This document shows, in pieces, positions 14,108 to 23,613 of a DNA stretch of 64,000 nt. The translations under genes and the position numbers were made by a program. The notes below the pieces were generated by a model, which worked only from the letters and a program-made list of their open reading frames with translations, was not told the origin of the DNA and ran no database searches. Positions within the stretch are counted from its first letter, which is position 1. Every line of letters begins with the position of its first letter. The DNA is from a bacterium. GTDB taxonomy: Bacteria > Patescibacteriota > Minisyncoccia > Phycocordibacterales > Phycocordibacteraceae. The stretch covers positions 48,726 to 112,725 of the forward strand of contig JAJYHK010000019.1 in NCBI GenBank assembly GCA_021784815.1. Direction: 5' to 3'.

Positions 14108-14132
14108 GACCCGCCAGTTTTGCTGGCGGGTC
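14108..14132. terminator. bidirectional hairpin between convergent genes
   Basis: gacccgccag-ttttg-ctggcgggtc, located between 14081 (+ gene end) and 14154 (- gene end). Confidence 0.5.
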
Positions 14133-14153
14133 GGTTCCGTCTCGATCGGGCGC

Positions 14154-14771
14154 TCATGCAACTGCGTAAAGTTGCCGTTGCCGTTGCGTCGGAATGTCGG
14201 CCTTCAGGAAGGCGATCATTTCTTTCTTCTCATCCTCCGGTGTTGTTGCCTCGAGATGATGGATTCGTTGCGTCCCATCGGCGCAATACGCTGCATCGGC
14301 CGCAACAAGATACGAATCAATAGGTCTCCGCGCAATGTATGCAGTCGGCGGAACCCCTCCTTGCTCAAAGATACGACTCTGCACCAGGCCCGTATGGAAG
14401 CCGAGGGTTTGCGGGCAGGCACCAAACCGGATTGCGAAGTGGTAGGCCTCGCGTCCATACTCGTGGATGAACACGGCCCGATACTCCCCGCTCCTGAGCG
14501 CGGGGATGATTTTGCGCTCGGTCATTTCGTTCATGCGAACCCAGCGCAGAAGCAATCGAGAGGTGGGAAGCAGTGCCGCCATATCCTCATGGTCCCACGG
14601 CACGTCGCATCCAAAGGTGCTGCCGAGAAACGCAAAAGCCTGGTCCGGGAGAAACGTGCCTCCACGGTGCAGGGCTTCGAGTTCCTTGTACAGCCCGAGG
14701 TCTGAAATAACATATAAAAGAGCAGGTGTCGGTGATTGCACGAGTCTCTCCCTCGTTGGTGAAAGCCACAT
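14154..14771 (-). CDS. hypothetical protein (205 aa), unrecognised family
   Basis: Clean ORF convergent with the hyf-like operon. No motif I can name with confidence. Confidence 0.45.
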   Translation of the reverse strand: MWLSPTRERLVQSPTPALLYVISDLGLYKELEALHRGGTFLPDQAFAFLGSTFGCDVPWDHEDMAALLPTSRLLLRWVRMNEMTERKIIPALRSGEYRAVFIHEYGREAYHFAIRFGACPQTLGFHTGLVQSRIFEQGGVPPTAYIARRPIDSYLVAADAAYCADGTQRIHHLEATTPEDEKKEMIAFLKADIPTQRQRQLYAVA

Positions 14772-14899
14772 TGGCGCCCCGGCGGCGCCAATGTGCTGAA
14801 TATATTCCCATATAAACCCTTACGCAAGAGCGCTATGCACGACGCCACAGAGCCAGGCGTAGGCGTGCGTTTATTCGCCGTTCGCGTACACTAACGCTC

Positions 14900-17764
14900 A
14901 TGAGCACTAAAACCTCGGCAGTTTTCGAGGAGGCGTACGCGAAGCTCAATGCGGAACAGAAGCGCGCGGTCGACACGGTCGAGGGGCCGATCATGGTACT
15001 CGCGGGACCGGGTACCGGCAAGACGCATGTGCTCACGCTGCGCATCGCTAATATCCTGCGGCAGACGCAAGCGCGGCCCGACGCGATCCTCGCGCTCACC
15101 TTCACCGACTCGGCCGCACGCACTATGCGGCGGCGGCTTGCGGGTATCGTTGGAGACGTGGCGGCGCGCGCGGTCACCATTACGACCTTCCACGGCTTTG
15201 CCGAGCTCGTGCGCGCGGAGTACCCGAGTGCATTCGCCGATCGAGGCGCACGCCGGCTCATGGGCGACGTGGAACAGGTTCTGCTTATGCGTACCGCGCT
15301 CGATCGCGCCGCGCTCGAAGCGCTTCGTCCTGTCAAGGCTCCCTACACGTACCTGCGCGACCTCCTGTCGCTCTATGACAACCTTGTGCGCGAAGAGTTC
15401 TCGCTTGAGCGGTACCGCGCATGGGGCACGGAGGCCGCGGCGCGGCTCTCCGAGGACGAGTCGCTTACCTACAAGCGGGGCGGGCGTGTCGGGGAGCTCA
15501 CGAAAGCAGGGCTCGAAAAGGTGAAGCATTTCGAGAAGGTCGAAGAGGCGTCGCGCGTGCTCGAGGCGTATCGCGCGCTCAAGGACGAACGGGGGCTCGA
15601 AGATTTTGCGGATCTGCTTTCCGGAGCGGTTCGCTCAGTAGCGGAGAACGAAGAGCTGCACGCCGACCTGCAGGAGCGCTTCCAGTACGTGCTCGCGGAC
15701 GAACACCAGGACGCGAACGCGCTTCAGCACAGGCTGCTTGAGCTTTTCGCGTACGACGACTACCCAAACCTTTTCGTAGTGGGCGACGAGAAGCAAGCCA
15801 TCTATCGCTTTCAAGGGGCGGATCTTGCGGGTTTTTCAAGCTTCACGGAGCTCTTCCCGCGCGCGACGATCATCACGCTCTCGTCCTCGTTCCGTTCGCT
15901 GCAGGGCATCTTGGACGTTGCGCACGAAGTCATTGCGCCGACGGGCGTGCATACACCGCTCGCGGCGGTCCGGGGCGCACAGGAAGAGGCGGTGACGATC
16001 GTTGTGGCGGAAGACCCGCTCGACGAACGTGCCAAGGTGGCCGCGCTCGTCGAGGCACGCCTCAAGGCGGGCATCGCGCCGCATGAGATAGCTATTATCG
16101 CGCGCACGAACGATACGGCGGACCTCGTCGCGAACGCGCTCACCGGCCGGGGCGTCCCGACGCTGCGCGCCGGCGACCTCTCGCTCGTCGGGACGCCGAC
16201 CATGCACGCGCTATTTGCGCTCCTGGCGTACGTGGGCGATCCGACGCGTCTAAGCAGCCTGCGCGCCGCGCTTCTTGCGCCCTGGTGGCCCGTGCCCGTG
16301 GCAGAGCGCGCGCGTTTCCTGCGCATGACGAGCGATCACGAGCTTAGCACGCGGCTCGCCGAGGCGTACCCCGCTATCGCTCGGCTGCTCGACGCGCTGC
16401 TCGATGCGAGCCTCGTCATGCTTCCTGCCGCGTGCTTCTCGTACCTGTTTGCCGAGAGCGGCGCGCGCGACTATCTGCTTGCGCACGGAGCGTTGCTGGA
16501 CGACCTTGTGCTCGTGCGCAAGCTCATGCAGCACCTCGAAGACGCATCGCTCCTCATGGAGGGCGCGCCGCTCTCGGTTGTGGTCGACGCACTCCTTTCG
16601 GCGCAGGAGGAAGGCCTTTCGCCGGTAAAGGTCTCAGTGACCGAACGCGAAGGATTCGTGACAGTCATCACCGCACACAAGTCGAAGGGCATGGAGTTCG
16701 CGGAGGTCATCATTCCGGACGCGACCGAACAGACGTGGGAGAAAGGGGGCCGATCGGCGCTCATTCCAAGTCCCTTCGAGCGCGCGCAGAGCCTCGACGA
16801 CGCGCGGCGGCTCCTGTATGTCGCGCTTACGCGCGCGAAAAATCACGCGTACCTCTCCTACGCGCGCGAGAACGCTTCCGGCCGCGAACGCGCGCTGACC
16901 GCGCTCGTACCGCACGAGCTTCCGCAGACAGCCGTCGAAAGCGACCGCTTGCCGCTCCTGCACGTTGTCGTAGACGCGCCCGAGAAGGTCCGCGAGCTTA
17001 CAGCGGCGTACCTTGAGACGGAAGGGCTCTCGCCGTCGGCGGTGAACGAATTCATCGCGTCGCCGCCTATCTTCTTCGCGCGCCGCGTGCTGCGCATCAA
17101 GGAGCCGCCCGAGCCGGCGCTCGTCTACGGCTCGGCGGTACACGCGGCGATTGCCGCGCTCCTCTCGGGAGAGCCGTTTGAGGCCGCGTGCGCAGCGCTC
17201 GAGCGCTCCTTTTCCCGCTCGCTCCTGCCGCGCGACGCAACATTCGACAAATTGCGCATCGAGGCGCGCTGTGCCTTCGATGCGGTACAAAGCGCGCTGC
17301 CGGCGCTTGGCGAACCGATCGGCATCGAGAAAGGTTTCTCGACGGAACGATTTGTGGACGGGGTGCCGGTAGCACTCGGCGGCAAGATAGATGCGATATT
17401 CAAAACGCCCGACGGGCTCGTCGTTGCCGATATAAAGACGGGCAGTGCGGTAAGCGCGAAAAACGAGGACTACGCGCGTCAGGTGGCTTTCTATGCGCTC
17501 ATACTTGCGGCCAATGACATGCCACCCGCGTCCGCACTTCTCCTTGGCATCTCCGAAGACGGGCTGAAACGCGTTGACGTGCCGATTGCCGAAGCGGATC
17601 GCGCGGCGGCCCTTACTACGCTCGATGTCACGGTGCGTGAACTAAGGAGCGGCGCATGGCACCGGGGTGAACCGTCCTCGTACGATGCGCTGCTCGCGCT
17701 TTTTGATGCTGGTGCTGGAGAGCGCCCTGCTCCGCGGGCTCTGTTAGAGGGCAGGGGGAATTAG
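14900..17764 (+). CDS. UvrD/PcrA-type SF1 helicase with C-terminal PD-(D/E)xK (RecB-family) nuclease domain
   Basis: Walker A (AGPGTGKTH), helicase motifs (FTDSAA, VLADEHQDAN, FVVGDEKQAIYRFQGAD, VITAHKSKGMEF). C-terminal GGKIDAIF..VVADIKTG plus a QxxxY-like segment (YARQVAFY). Confidence 0.85.
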   Translation: MSTKTSAVFEEAYAKLNAEQKRAVDTVEGPIMVLAGPGTGKTHVLTLRIANILRQTQARPDAILALTFTDSAARTMRRRLAGIVGDVAARAVTITTFHGFAELVRAEYPSAFADRGARRLMGDVEQVLLMRTALDRAALEALRPVKAPYTYLRDLLSLYDNLVREEFSLERYRAWGTEAAARLSEDESLTYKRGGRVGELTKAGLEKVKHFEKVEEASRVLEAYRALKDERGLEDFADLLSGAVRSVAENEELHADLQERFQYVLADEHQDANALQHRLLELFAYDDYPNLFVVGDEKQAIYRFQGADLAGFSSFTELFPRATIITLSSSFRSLQGILDVAHEVIAPTGVHTPLAAVRGAQEEAVTIVVAEDPLDERAKVAALVEARLKAGIAPHEIAIIARTNDTADLVANALTGRGVPTLRAGDLSLVGTPTMHALFALLAYVGDPTRLSSLRAALLAPWWPVPVAERARFLRMTSDHELSTRLAEAYPAIARLLDALLDASLVMLPAACFSYLFAESGARDYLLAHGALLDDLVLVRKLMQHLEDASLLMEGAPLSVVVDALLSAQEEGLSPVKVSVTEREGFVTVITAHKSKGMEFAEVIIPDATEQTWEKGGRSALIPSPFERAQSLDDARRLLYVALTRAKNHAYLSYARENASGRERALTALVPHELPQTAVESDRLPLLHVVVDAPEKVRELTAAYLETEGLSPSAVNEFIASPPIFFARRVLRIKEPPEPALVYGSAVHAAIAALLSGEPFEAACAALERSFSRSLLPRDATFDKLRIEARCAFDAVQSALPALGEPIGIEKGFSTERFVDGVPVALGGKIDAIFKTPDGLVVADIKTGSAVSAKNEDYARQVAFYALILAANDMPPASALLLGISEDGLKRVDVPIAEADRAAALTTLDVTVRELRSGAWHRGEPSSYDALLALFDAGAGERPAPRALLEGRGN

Positions 17765-18447
17765 TTGCTCTGGCCGAGCGCCTGATCGACGAGCTGCTTA
17801 ACCGCTGCGTACGAGTATGCGCCGTCCATGACGACTGGCGCCTTCCCGGGCGCGAGGAGGAGGCTGTACGGCGTGCCGCGCGCGCCGATCGCGAGGGCAT
17901 TCTGGCGCTGCGCCATGATGCGCGCGCCGACCGTACTTGAGGCGTTTGCGAGGCAATCGCCAAAGGCGATGCTGTCGGTCACGCCGGCCTGTTCGGCAAG
18001 CGCGCCGAAATGGCTCGGGTCAACCGGTTGATCCTGGAACAACTTGTTTTCGAAATTCCAGAAGGCCGACTCGCCGCTCGTCTTCGCGACGCATTCGGCG
18101 GCTTGCGCCTGTTGGAGCGCATTTGGATGGATTTCGGTGAGCGGAAATTCCCGCAGTATCCAGGCAACGTTGCCCGAGGCACCCTCGGTTGCGATGATCT
18201 CGTGCATGGTGGCGTTGAATGCCTTGCAGTACGCACAGCTGAAGTCGGAGTACTCGACAATTTGCACCGGCGCGGCGGGGTTGCCGAGAATGTGATCGGT
18301 CGGGCCGACGGGCGTCACGAGTGCAGGGTTACCCTGCCCAGAGCTGGTCGAGGGTTCCTGCTTGGGGCTCGCGCTGAAGTAGACGGCTGCGGCGACGATT
18401 ACGCCGCCCGCAAAGATCGCGAGCGGGATGACGAGGCTCTTGTGCAT
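17761..18447 (-). CDS. DsbA-like thiol:disulfide oxidoreductase (membrane-anchored, thioredoxin fold)
   Basis: N-terminal TM segment then FSCAYCKAF CxxC motif. Internal ATG (MHKSLV...) chosen over the 110-codon N-terminal extension of ORF 17761-18774. Confidence 0.75.
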   Translation of the reverse strand: MHKSLVIPLAIFAGGVIVAAAVYFSASPKQEPSTSSGQGNPALVTPVGPTDHILGNPAAPVQIVEYSDFSCAYCKAFNATMHEIIATEGASGNVAWILREFPLTEIHPNALQQAQAAECVAKTSGESAFWNFENKLFQDQPVDPSHFGALAEQAGVTDSIAFGDCLANASSTVGARIMAQRQNALAIGARGTPYSLLLAPGKAPVVMDGAYSYAAVKQLVDQALGQSN

Positions 18448-18454
18448 GAGCCCA

Positions 18455-19036
18455 TTATAGCCCAAGGGCGTGGGTAAGGGTGGGTGCGGATTCCGCAGGT
18501 GTAAGCCACGCGCTCGTGTCGAGCTTGATTTCGCGGGCGGTACGCAGGTCCTTGTACTTGAGGTTCCCGTGCTCGAGCGCGTAGTCAAAAAGTGCGCGCG
18601 TGAGCCGCACGTCTTCCATGCAGTATTTGCGGACGAGGTCATACTTGCCTTCGCGCCACCAATCCATCGCCTTGAGGCCGTCGCCGCTCTTGCCCGCGTC
18701 AAGCGTTGCTTCGGCGATTGATTGGAGACGGATGCGCCGGCCAAGCACCTTTTGCACCTCGACGAGAAGGTCAATGGAGCGAATGCGGGTGAGATCGCCC
18801 GGGTAGTAGCGATTTAAGAGCGGGATATCAAACGAGTCGGAGTTGAATCCGACGAGCGCATCGGCGCGCTCGATGGTCGGCCAGAGCCGCGGGAGTTCCT
18901 CGCGGGAGTACGACGAGAGCACGCCGGTGTCGGAGTCGTGAATGGCGACGATGGTGAGCTCCTGCTCCTCGACATCAACCCGCCCGCGTACGGCGGAGTC
19001 CGAAATGGATTCAATGTCGAAGGTGATGATGCGCAT
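18455..19036 (-). CDS. DnaQ/RNase-H-like 3'-5' exonuclease domain protein
   Basis: MRIITFDIES..FNSDSFDIPLL..YCMEDV acidic exonuclease motifs. 193 aa. Confidence 0.65.
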   Translation of the reverse strand: MRIITFDIESISDSAVRGRVDVEEQELTIVAIHDSDTGVLSSYSREELPRLWPTIERADALVGFNSDSFDIPLLNRYYPGDLTRIRSIDLLVEVQKVLGRRIRLQSIAEATLDAGKSGDGLKAMDWWREGKYDLVRKYCMEDVRLTRALFDYALEHGNLKYKDLRTAREIKLDTSAWLTPAESAPTLTHALGL

Positions 19037-19057
19037 TGGAAAAACGGTTAGGGGTAC

Positions 19058-20326
19058 CTACGAACGAGAGGCGAGGTGGGCGGGGAAGTCGGTTATTGGG
19101 AACGCCTCCTCTTGGCCGGTTGCAAGTTGCTTCACGCGTACCGTCCCGCTCGCAAGCTCGTCTCTGCCGTACGCGAGGAAGAGGGGAATGCGGCGGCGGG
19201 CCGCGTCTTTAATCTGGTCGCCAAGGCTCTTCTCCGTGAGGTTTACGAAAATGCGGCCGCCCTGCGCGCGCAACTGGTCCGCAAAGGCCTGCGCGCTCGG
19301 GATGTCGCCCGAGCCAGGGGTGCCGATGTAGAGCTGCGGGCGCGTGGAATCGGTGTTGAGCGGCAAGTTGCGCGCGGCAATGAAATCGCCCATGGTAACG
19401 TCGCCGATGGCGAAGCCGACGGCGGGGATAGGGTCGCCGCCAAAGAGCGCGACGAGCCGGTCGTAGCGGCCGCCGCCAAACATGGTGCGGGGGTTTTCAG
19501 GGTTGGTGTCGTATACCTCAAAGACCATGCCGGTGTAGTAGTCAAAGCCGCGGATGATGGTCGGGTCGAATTCGACGTTCGTGATGCCGCGCACCGCGAG
19601 GCGCGTGATACCGTCGAGGAGCTTCGCCTTTTCAGCTGCAACGGAAGGCGCGCTGCCGGCGTCTTTGATAATTTCAAGAGGGTCTTTTGCGGTGAGCTCA
19701 CGCACGGCGTCAGCGAAGGCTCCTGAATCCATCTTGTCCTTTTTGTCGAGGAGCCGCATGTACGCGCGGACAGCATCGCCTTCAAGCTCGGCAGCTGCGC
19801 AGGCTGCCGAGAGGAGCGGGCGCGAGCTCATACGGATGCGGTACTCCTGCGCGCTCGCGCCGAAGGCATCGAAGACTGCCTTCACGAGCGTGATGATCTC
19901 AAGATCCGCCTCGCCCTCGGGGAGGCCGAGAAGATCGACGTCGCACTGGTAGAACTCGCGGAGGCGGCCCTTCTGGGGGCGCTCGTAGCGGAACCGGTTG
20001 CCGATTGAGAACCAGCGCAGCGGAAAGGCGAGCTCGCGCCGCTTCGCGGCAACCATGCGCGCGAGGGTCGGCGTCATTTCCGGGCGCAAGGTGACCCGGC
20101 GGCCGCCGCGATCGGTAAAGGTATAGGTCTGTTCGCTCACAATTTCCTCCGAGGTCTTTGCCTCGTAGAGCTCCGCACGCTCGAGCGGGGACGCGTTGTA
20201 CTCCTCGTACCCGTACCGCGCGAGCGCGCTGCGGATCGTGGCGAACATTGCCTGGAAACGCGCCCAACCCTCAGGATAAAAATCGCGAACGCCTTTATAT
20301 GGCTCCGTTGAAAGCTTTTCGGCCAT
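19058..20326 (-). CDS. hisS: Histidine--tRNA ligase
   Basis: Class II aaRS motifs (GVRDFYP, RYERPQKGRLREFYQ, GGGRYD), C-terminal anticodon-binding domain. 422 aa. Confidence 0.93.
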   Translation of the reverse strand: MAEKLSTEPYKGVRDFYPEGWARFQAMFATIRSALARYGYEEYNASPLERAELYEAKTSEEIVSEQTYTFTDRGGRRVTLRPEMTPTLARMVAAKRRELAFPLRWFSIGNRFRYERPQKGRLREFYQCDVDLLGLPEGEADLEIITLVKAVFDAFGASAQEYRIRMSSRPLLSAACAAAELEGDAVRAYMRLLDKKDKMDSGAFADAVRELTAKDPLEIIKDAGSAPSVAAEKAKLLDGITRLAVRGITNVEFDPTIIRGFDYYTGMVFEVYDTNPENPRTMFGGGRYDRLVALFGGDPIPAVGFAIGDVTMGDFIAARNLPLNTDSTRPQLYIGTPGSGDIPSAQAFADQLRAQGGRIFVNLTEKSLGDQIKDAARRRIPLFLAYGRDELASGTVRVKQLATGQEEAFPITDFPAHLASRS

Positions 20327-20364
20327 GGGTCGAGTGTACCACAGCCGGTGAAGTCGGAGCGGCG

Positions 20365-20922
20365 TTAGATTCCTTGCTTGTCATCGGCCGCAAGCTCTTC
20401 TTTTGCGGCGGTTTGCGCGGTCATGAGGATGAGGTCGCGCATGCGCTCGGGATGGGGTACGCCGTGCATATAGAACTCCTCAAGCGCTCCTGCACTCTGG
20501 ACCCGAATGTCGCCCATGCCGAGGAGCGATTCGAGGAAGCCGCGGACATCGGTCGTCGTGTCCTGCACGCGGCTGAGGAGGAGGCTCGACACTTCGCGAT
20601 TGAAGTACTCGTGCTGCTTGATCTCAATGATGCGGCGGTTCGTGAGGATCCAGGCGTTGAGGTAGTAGAGCGTGAAGTGGCTCCAGGCGCTCGTCCAGAG
20701 CGCGATGAGCCAGAGGCCAAGCACCACGCGCATGTAGGGTGCGCCCGGCACCAGGTGTGGCGCGAACACTGCCGTGGGCGCCCAGAGCTGCAAAAGGCTC
20801 GGTAGCACGAAGGGGAAGAGGGCGAGAAGGACGTACGGCAGAAGTTCCGCACAGAAAAAGAACCAATGTTTGCGCGTTTCGAGGATGACCGTTTCCCCTT
20901 CTTCGAGGTCGAATTCTTTCAT
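20365..20922 (-). CDS. bPH_2 (YdbT-like) membrane protein
   Basis: MKEFDLEEGETVILETRKHWFFF then two TM segments then a PH-like domain. ATGA overlap with the upstream small-membrane gene. Confidence 0.6.
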   Translation of the reverse strand: MKEFDLEEGETVILETRKHWFFFCAELLPYVLLALFPFVLPSLLQLWAPTAVFAPHLVPGAPYMRVVLGLWLIALWTSAWSHFTLYYLNAWILTNRRIIEIKQHEYFNREVSSLLLSRVQDTTTDVRGFLESLLGMGDIRVQSAGALEEFYMHGVPHPERMRDLILMTAQTAAKEELAADDKQGI

Positions 20923-21176
20923 AAACCGAAGGCGGTTGAGAACGCATAGAGCGCAAGGAGGAGCGAAACGACGAGGTGTAGAGCGACCGCTGGCATCGCG
21001 GTGCGGGAACCGTGCGAGTAGTGGAACCAGTGATAGGAAATGATAAGCGTATAGAGCGTCCAAACGACAACCCCGGCACCAAGAGTCCAGAGCGCGAGTA
21101 TGTGCACCGGCATGCCGGCGAGCGGGCGCAAGATGCGCAAAATGCCAGAACCGGACGCGAGCGGCTGGGATTGCAT
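20919..21176 (-). CDS. YdbS-like small two-TM membrane protein
   Basis: 86 aa hydrophobic. Its ATG shares one base with the prmC stop (TAATG) and its stop overlaps the next ATG (ATGA), consistent with translational coupling. Confidence 0.45.
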   Translation of the reverse strand: MQSQPLASGSGILRILRPLAGMPVHILALWTLGAGVVVWTLYTLIISYHWFHYSHGSRTAMPAVALHLVVSLLLALYAFSTAFGL

Positions 21177-22093
21177 TAGGAAAACGATACCACGAGTACG
21201 CGGGGTACTCCGTATTGATCGTTGATCATCGTGCCAGAAAGTCCCGTCTCGCGAGCGAGCGAGCGAGCGGCTTCGGCTTGGGTATGATCGATCTCGATCC
21301 ACGCTTCGCCGCCGGGCGCTAAGCGGTCTGGCAGTTGCGCTACGATTGGGCGAACAAGATCGAGGCCGTCGGTACCGGCATAGAGCGCGCGCGCTGGTTC
21401 GTATCGCGCAACGCTTTCAGGCAGAATGCGGCCTTTTGGGATGTAGGGCGGGTTCGCGGCGATACGGTCAAAACGCACATCGCCAAAAGGTGCGAAGAGA
21501 TCGCCGATGCGTATATCGGCGCAGGCTGCATCAAGACCGTTTCCTCGGATGTTTCCGCGGATGGTTAGTTCGTGAACGGGATCAAGTTCGCCGAAAAAGA
21601 CCTGCGCATGAGGGATCTGCGCGAGGGCCGCGCAGCCAATGGCGCCGGATCCGGCGCACAAATCAAGAAAAGAAAAGACTGGTTTCGCGTCGGGTGTTTT
21701 CTCGAAAGGGGCGGCGTATTTTTTTGCTAAAAAGTCGCCTCCTCTCGGCTCGTCAGTCTGCGAGATCCCTTTCGCGGGAACACCCTTTCGCGAAACGGGG
21801 GAGGAATGATGGAGAGTCGGGAGGAATGCTTCTGGCGCGCGCTCGCCTCCCTTTTGCGCTTTTCGCAGCAGTTGCTCGGTCCACCACTCGGTTTCGGGGC
21901 GGGGGATTAAAGGGCGCGAGTCGAGGGCGATGCGTAGCCCGAGGAAGGGCTGCCAGCCGATCACATACGCAAGCGGCTCGCCGCAGGCGAGCCGCTTGCG
22001 ATCCTCGGTGAATCCTGGCGCGTCCGTATCGCCGTGATATTTCTCCTCGAGCACCCAGCGCTCCTCTTTGGTCATATAATATAAGTAGTCCAT
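21176..22093 (-). CDS. prmC: Release-factor glutamine N5-methyltransferase (HemK/PrmC family)
   Basis: SAM-binding DLCAGSGAIG and catalytic NPPY motifs. Starts MDYLYYM. Confidence 0.8.
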   Translation of the reverse strand: MDYLYYMTKEERWVLEEKYHGDTDAPGFTEDRKRLACGEPLAYVIGWQPFLGLRIALDSRPLIPRPETEWWTEQLLRKAQKGGERAPEAFLPTLHHSSPVSRKGVPAKGISQTDEPRGGDFLAKKYAAPFEKTPDAKPVFSFLDLCAGSGAIGCAALAQIPHAQVFFGELDPVHELTIRGNIRGNGLDAACADIRIGDLFAPFGDVRFDRIAANPPYIPKGRILPESVARYEPARALYAGTDGLDLVRPIVAQLPDRLAPGGEAWIEIDHTQAEAARSLARETGLSGTMINDQYGVPRVLVVSFS

Positions 22094-22162
22094 CACACTG
22101 CGCCTATTGCAGCAACAAAGAAGCGGGCCGCCCGCCGCGCGATACGCGGGGGCGGCCATTGA

Positions 22163-22561
22163 TTAGAAATTCTCTGCGTACAGTGCAGCAATGAGTTCCT
22201 GTCGGAGCGCGTCGTCTAGGCACAGGATCTCGATGACGCTAGTTATGTACGCTCTTGCGTCGTCGGTTGCTCTCCCGCGCAGCTTGGCATTGGACTCCAA
22301 TACTGATTGGAAGAACCGGTCGTTCGGCCGCAAGCGTCCATGGAGCACTTGTCTCTCCAGGCTGGAACGTTGCGCCAGGAGCGCTTTGGAAGTCTTGATC
22401 GACTCTCGAATCATTTCTCGTACTGCGTCGCAGGCATGATTGACCTGCCTGACCGCTGCCTCTCGAAGTTCGCGGGTGCCCTTGAGAATGGGGTGGGAAT
22501 CGGCAAGGTTTCCTTCGACCGCATCAATGACGCGGGTGTGCAGGCTGCTATCTAGCGCCAT
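22163..22561 (-). CDS. hypothetical protein (132 aa), compositionally atypical (lower GC)
   Basis: ORF with AGGAGA Shine-Dalgarno and an AT-rich putative promoter (22565-22640). Markedly lower GC than neighbours. No recognisable domain. Confidence 0.5.
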   Translation of the reverse strand: MALDSSLHTRVIDAVEGNLADSHPILKGTRELREAAVRQVNHACDAVREMIRESIKTSKALLAQRSSLERQVLHGRLRPNDRFFQSVLESNAKLRGRATDDARAYITSVIEILCLDDALRQELIAALYAENF

Positions 22562-22642
22562 TTCAATATCTCCTACAGACCTATAAAAATATACAAAATG
22601 CTCTACTATTGTCGAGCCCGCCCGGGAGGCCGCTACGCTTCG

Positions 22643-22685
22643 AAAAACAGCCCGCCCCGCGCAATGCGCGGGGCGGGCTGTTTTT
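22643..22685. terminator. strong bidirectional intrinsic terminator (A-tract, 15-bp GC stem, T-tract)
   Basis: aaaaacagcccgccccgcgc-aat-gcgcggggcgggctgttttt. Confidence 0.8.
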
Positions 22686-22707
22686 CGAGCTTACGCTCAG
22701 CGGACGC

Positions 22708-23079
22708 TTAGTACGTGCCGCGGCTGTAGCTGTCGCGGTCGTTGTTGCCGTAGCCGCCGCGATTGCCGCGGTCAAAGCCGCCTTCGCGACGCGGCGGGCG
22801 CTCGCCCTGCGGGCGGGCGAAGGAGACCGAGAGCGTGCGCCCATCGAAGTCCTTGCCGTCCCAGCGGTCGATCGCCGCCTGCGCTTCCGCCTCGGACGCC
22901 ATTTCGACGAAACCGAAGCCGCGCGAACGGCCGGTCATACGGTCGCTGATAATGCTCACGGAAACGACCGAACCGGCCTCTTCAAAGGCCTTCTTGAGAT
23001 CATCTTCCGTCGAGCGGTAGGGGATGCCGCCGACATAGAGCTTGTTGCCCTGTACCGACGACGACTGCTGCTGATCCAT
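22708..23079 (-). CDS. RRM-domain RNA-binding protein with Gly/Arg-rich tail
   Basis: RNP2 (KLYVGGI) and RNP1 (RGFGFVEM) motifs, RGG/Gly-rich C-terminus. 123 aa. Confidence 0.85.
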   Translation of the reverse strand: MDQQQSSSVQGNKLYVGGIPYRSTEDDLKKAFEEAGSVVSVSIISDRMTGRSRGFGFVEMASEAEAQAAIDRWDGKDFDGRTLSVSFARPQGERPPRREGGFDRGNRGGYGNNDRDSYSRGTY

Positions 23080-23470
23080 GTACTGGATGAAGTGAACGAT
23101 TAACCTCGCTGAAACTGAAATCTATGCGCTTTTTACGGCGAAGCTCGAATACTCTGCGAGTACCCACAGTATGCCAGAACTCGTCCCCGAACGCAAGGCC
23201 GCCTGGGGATAAATCAAACCGGCCGGAATCTCGAATACCATGCGAATCCGGGTTGTCTACGTTGACAGCGAGGCAGCCTCGGGAGACTATTTCGAGTAAC
23301 CACGGCGGGGCCATGGTTTATTAAAGTAACGTCCAGAGCTACACCTAAGTATGAAAAGTTCGCTCTCTTGGATGCTGACGGCACGAACCATTCGCGTCGC
23401 AATCATCGGCGGTGCGGTTTCGTGGTATCGCGGCAAAGTGAGCGAGCTTGAATAGCTCTCCGAGCGCATA

Positions 23471-23515
23471 GACGCAAAACACGGCGCGCCCAGAGGGCGC
23501 GCCGTGTTTTGCGTC
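23471..23515 (-). terminator. 21-bp perfect GC-rich hairpin downstream of small-peptide ORF
   Basis: gacgcaaaacacggcgcgccc-aga-gggcgcgccgtgttttgcgtc. Confidence 0.55.
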
Positions 23516-23520
23516 ACCAA

Positions 23521-23613
23521 CTAACGCAACCCGGACACGAGGGCGGGGAAGAACATGCCGATCATACCGACCGCAAGCAGCAACACGATGAGGATAGCAA
23601 AAGCGCGTTTCAT
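23521..23613 (-). CDS. possible 30-aa hydrophobic peptide (MKRAFAILIVLLLAVGMIGMFFPALVSGLR)
   Basis: Short ORF ending 5 nt before the perfect hairpin, single TM-like. Coding status unproven. Confidence 0.3.
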   Translation of the reverse strand: MKRAFAILIVLLLAVGMIGMFFPALVSGLR

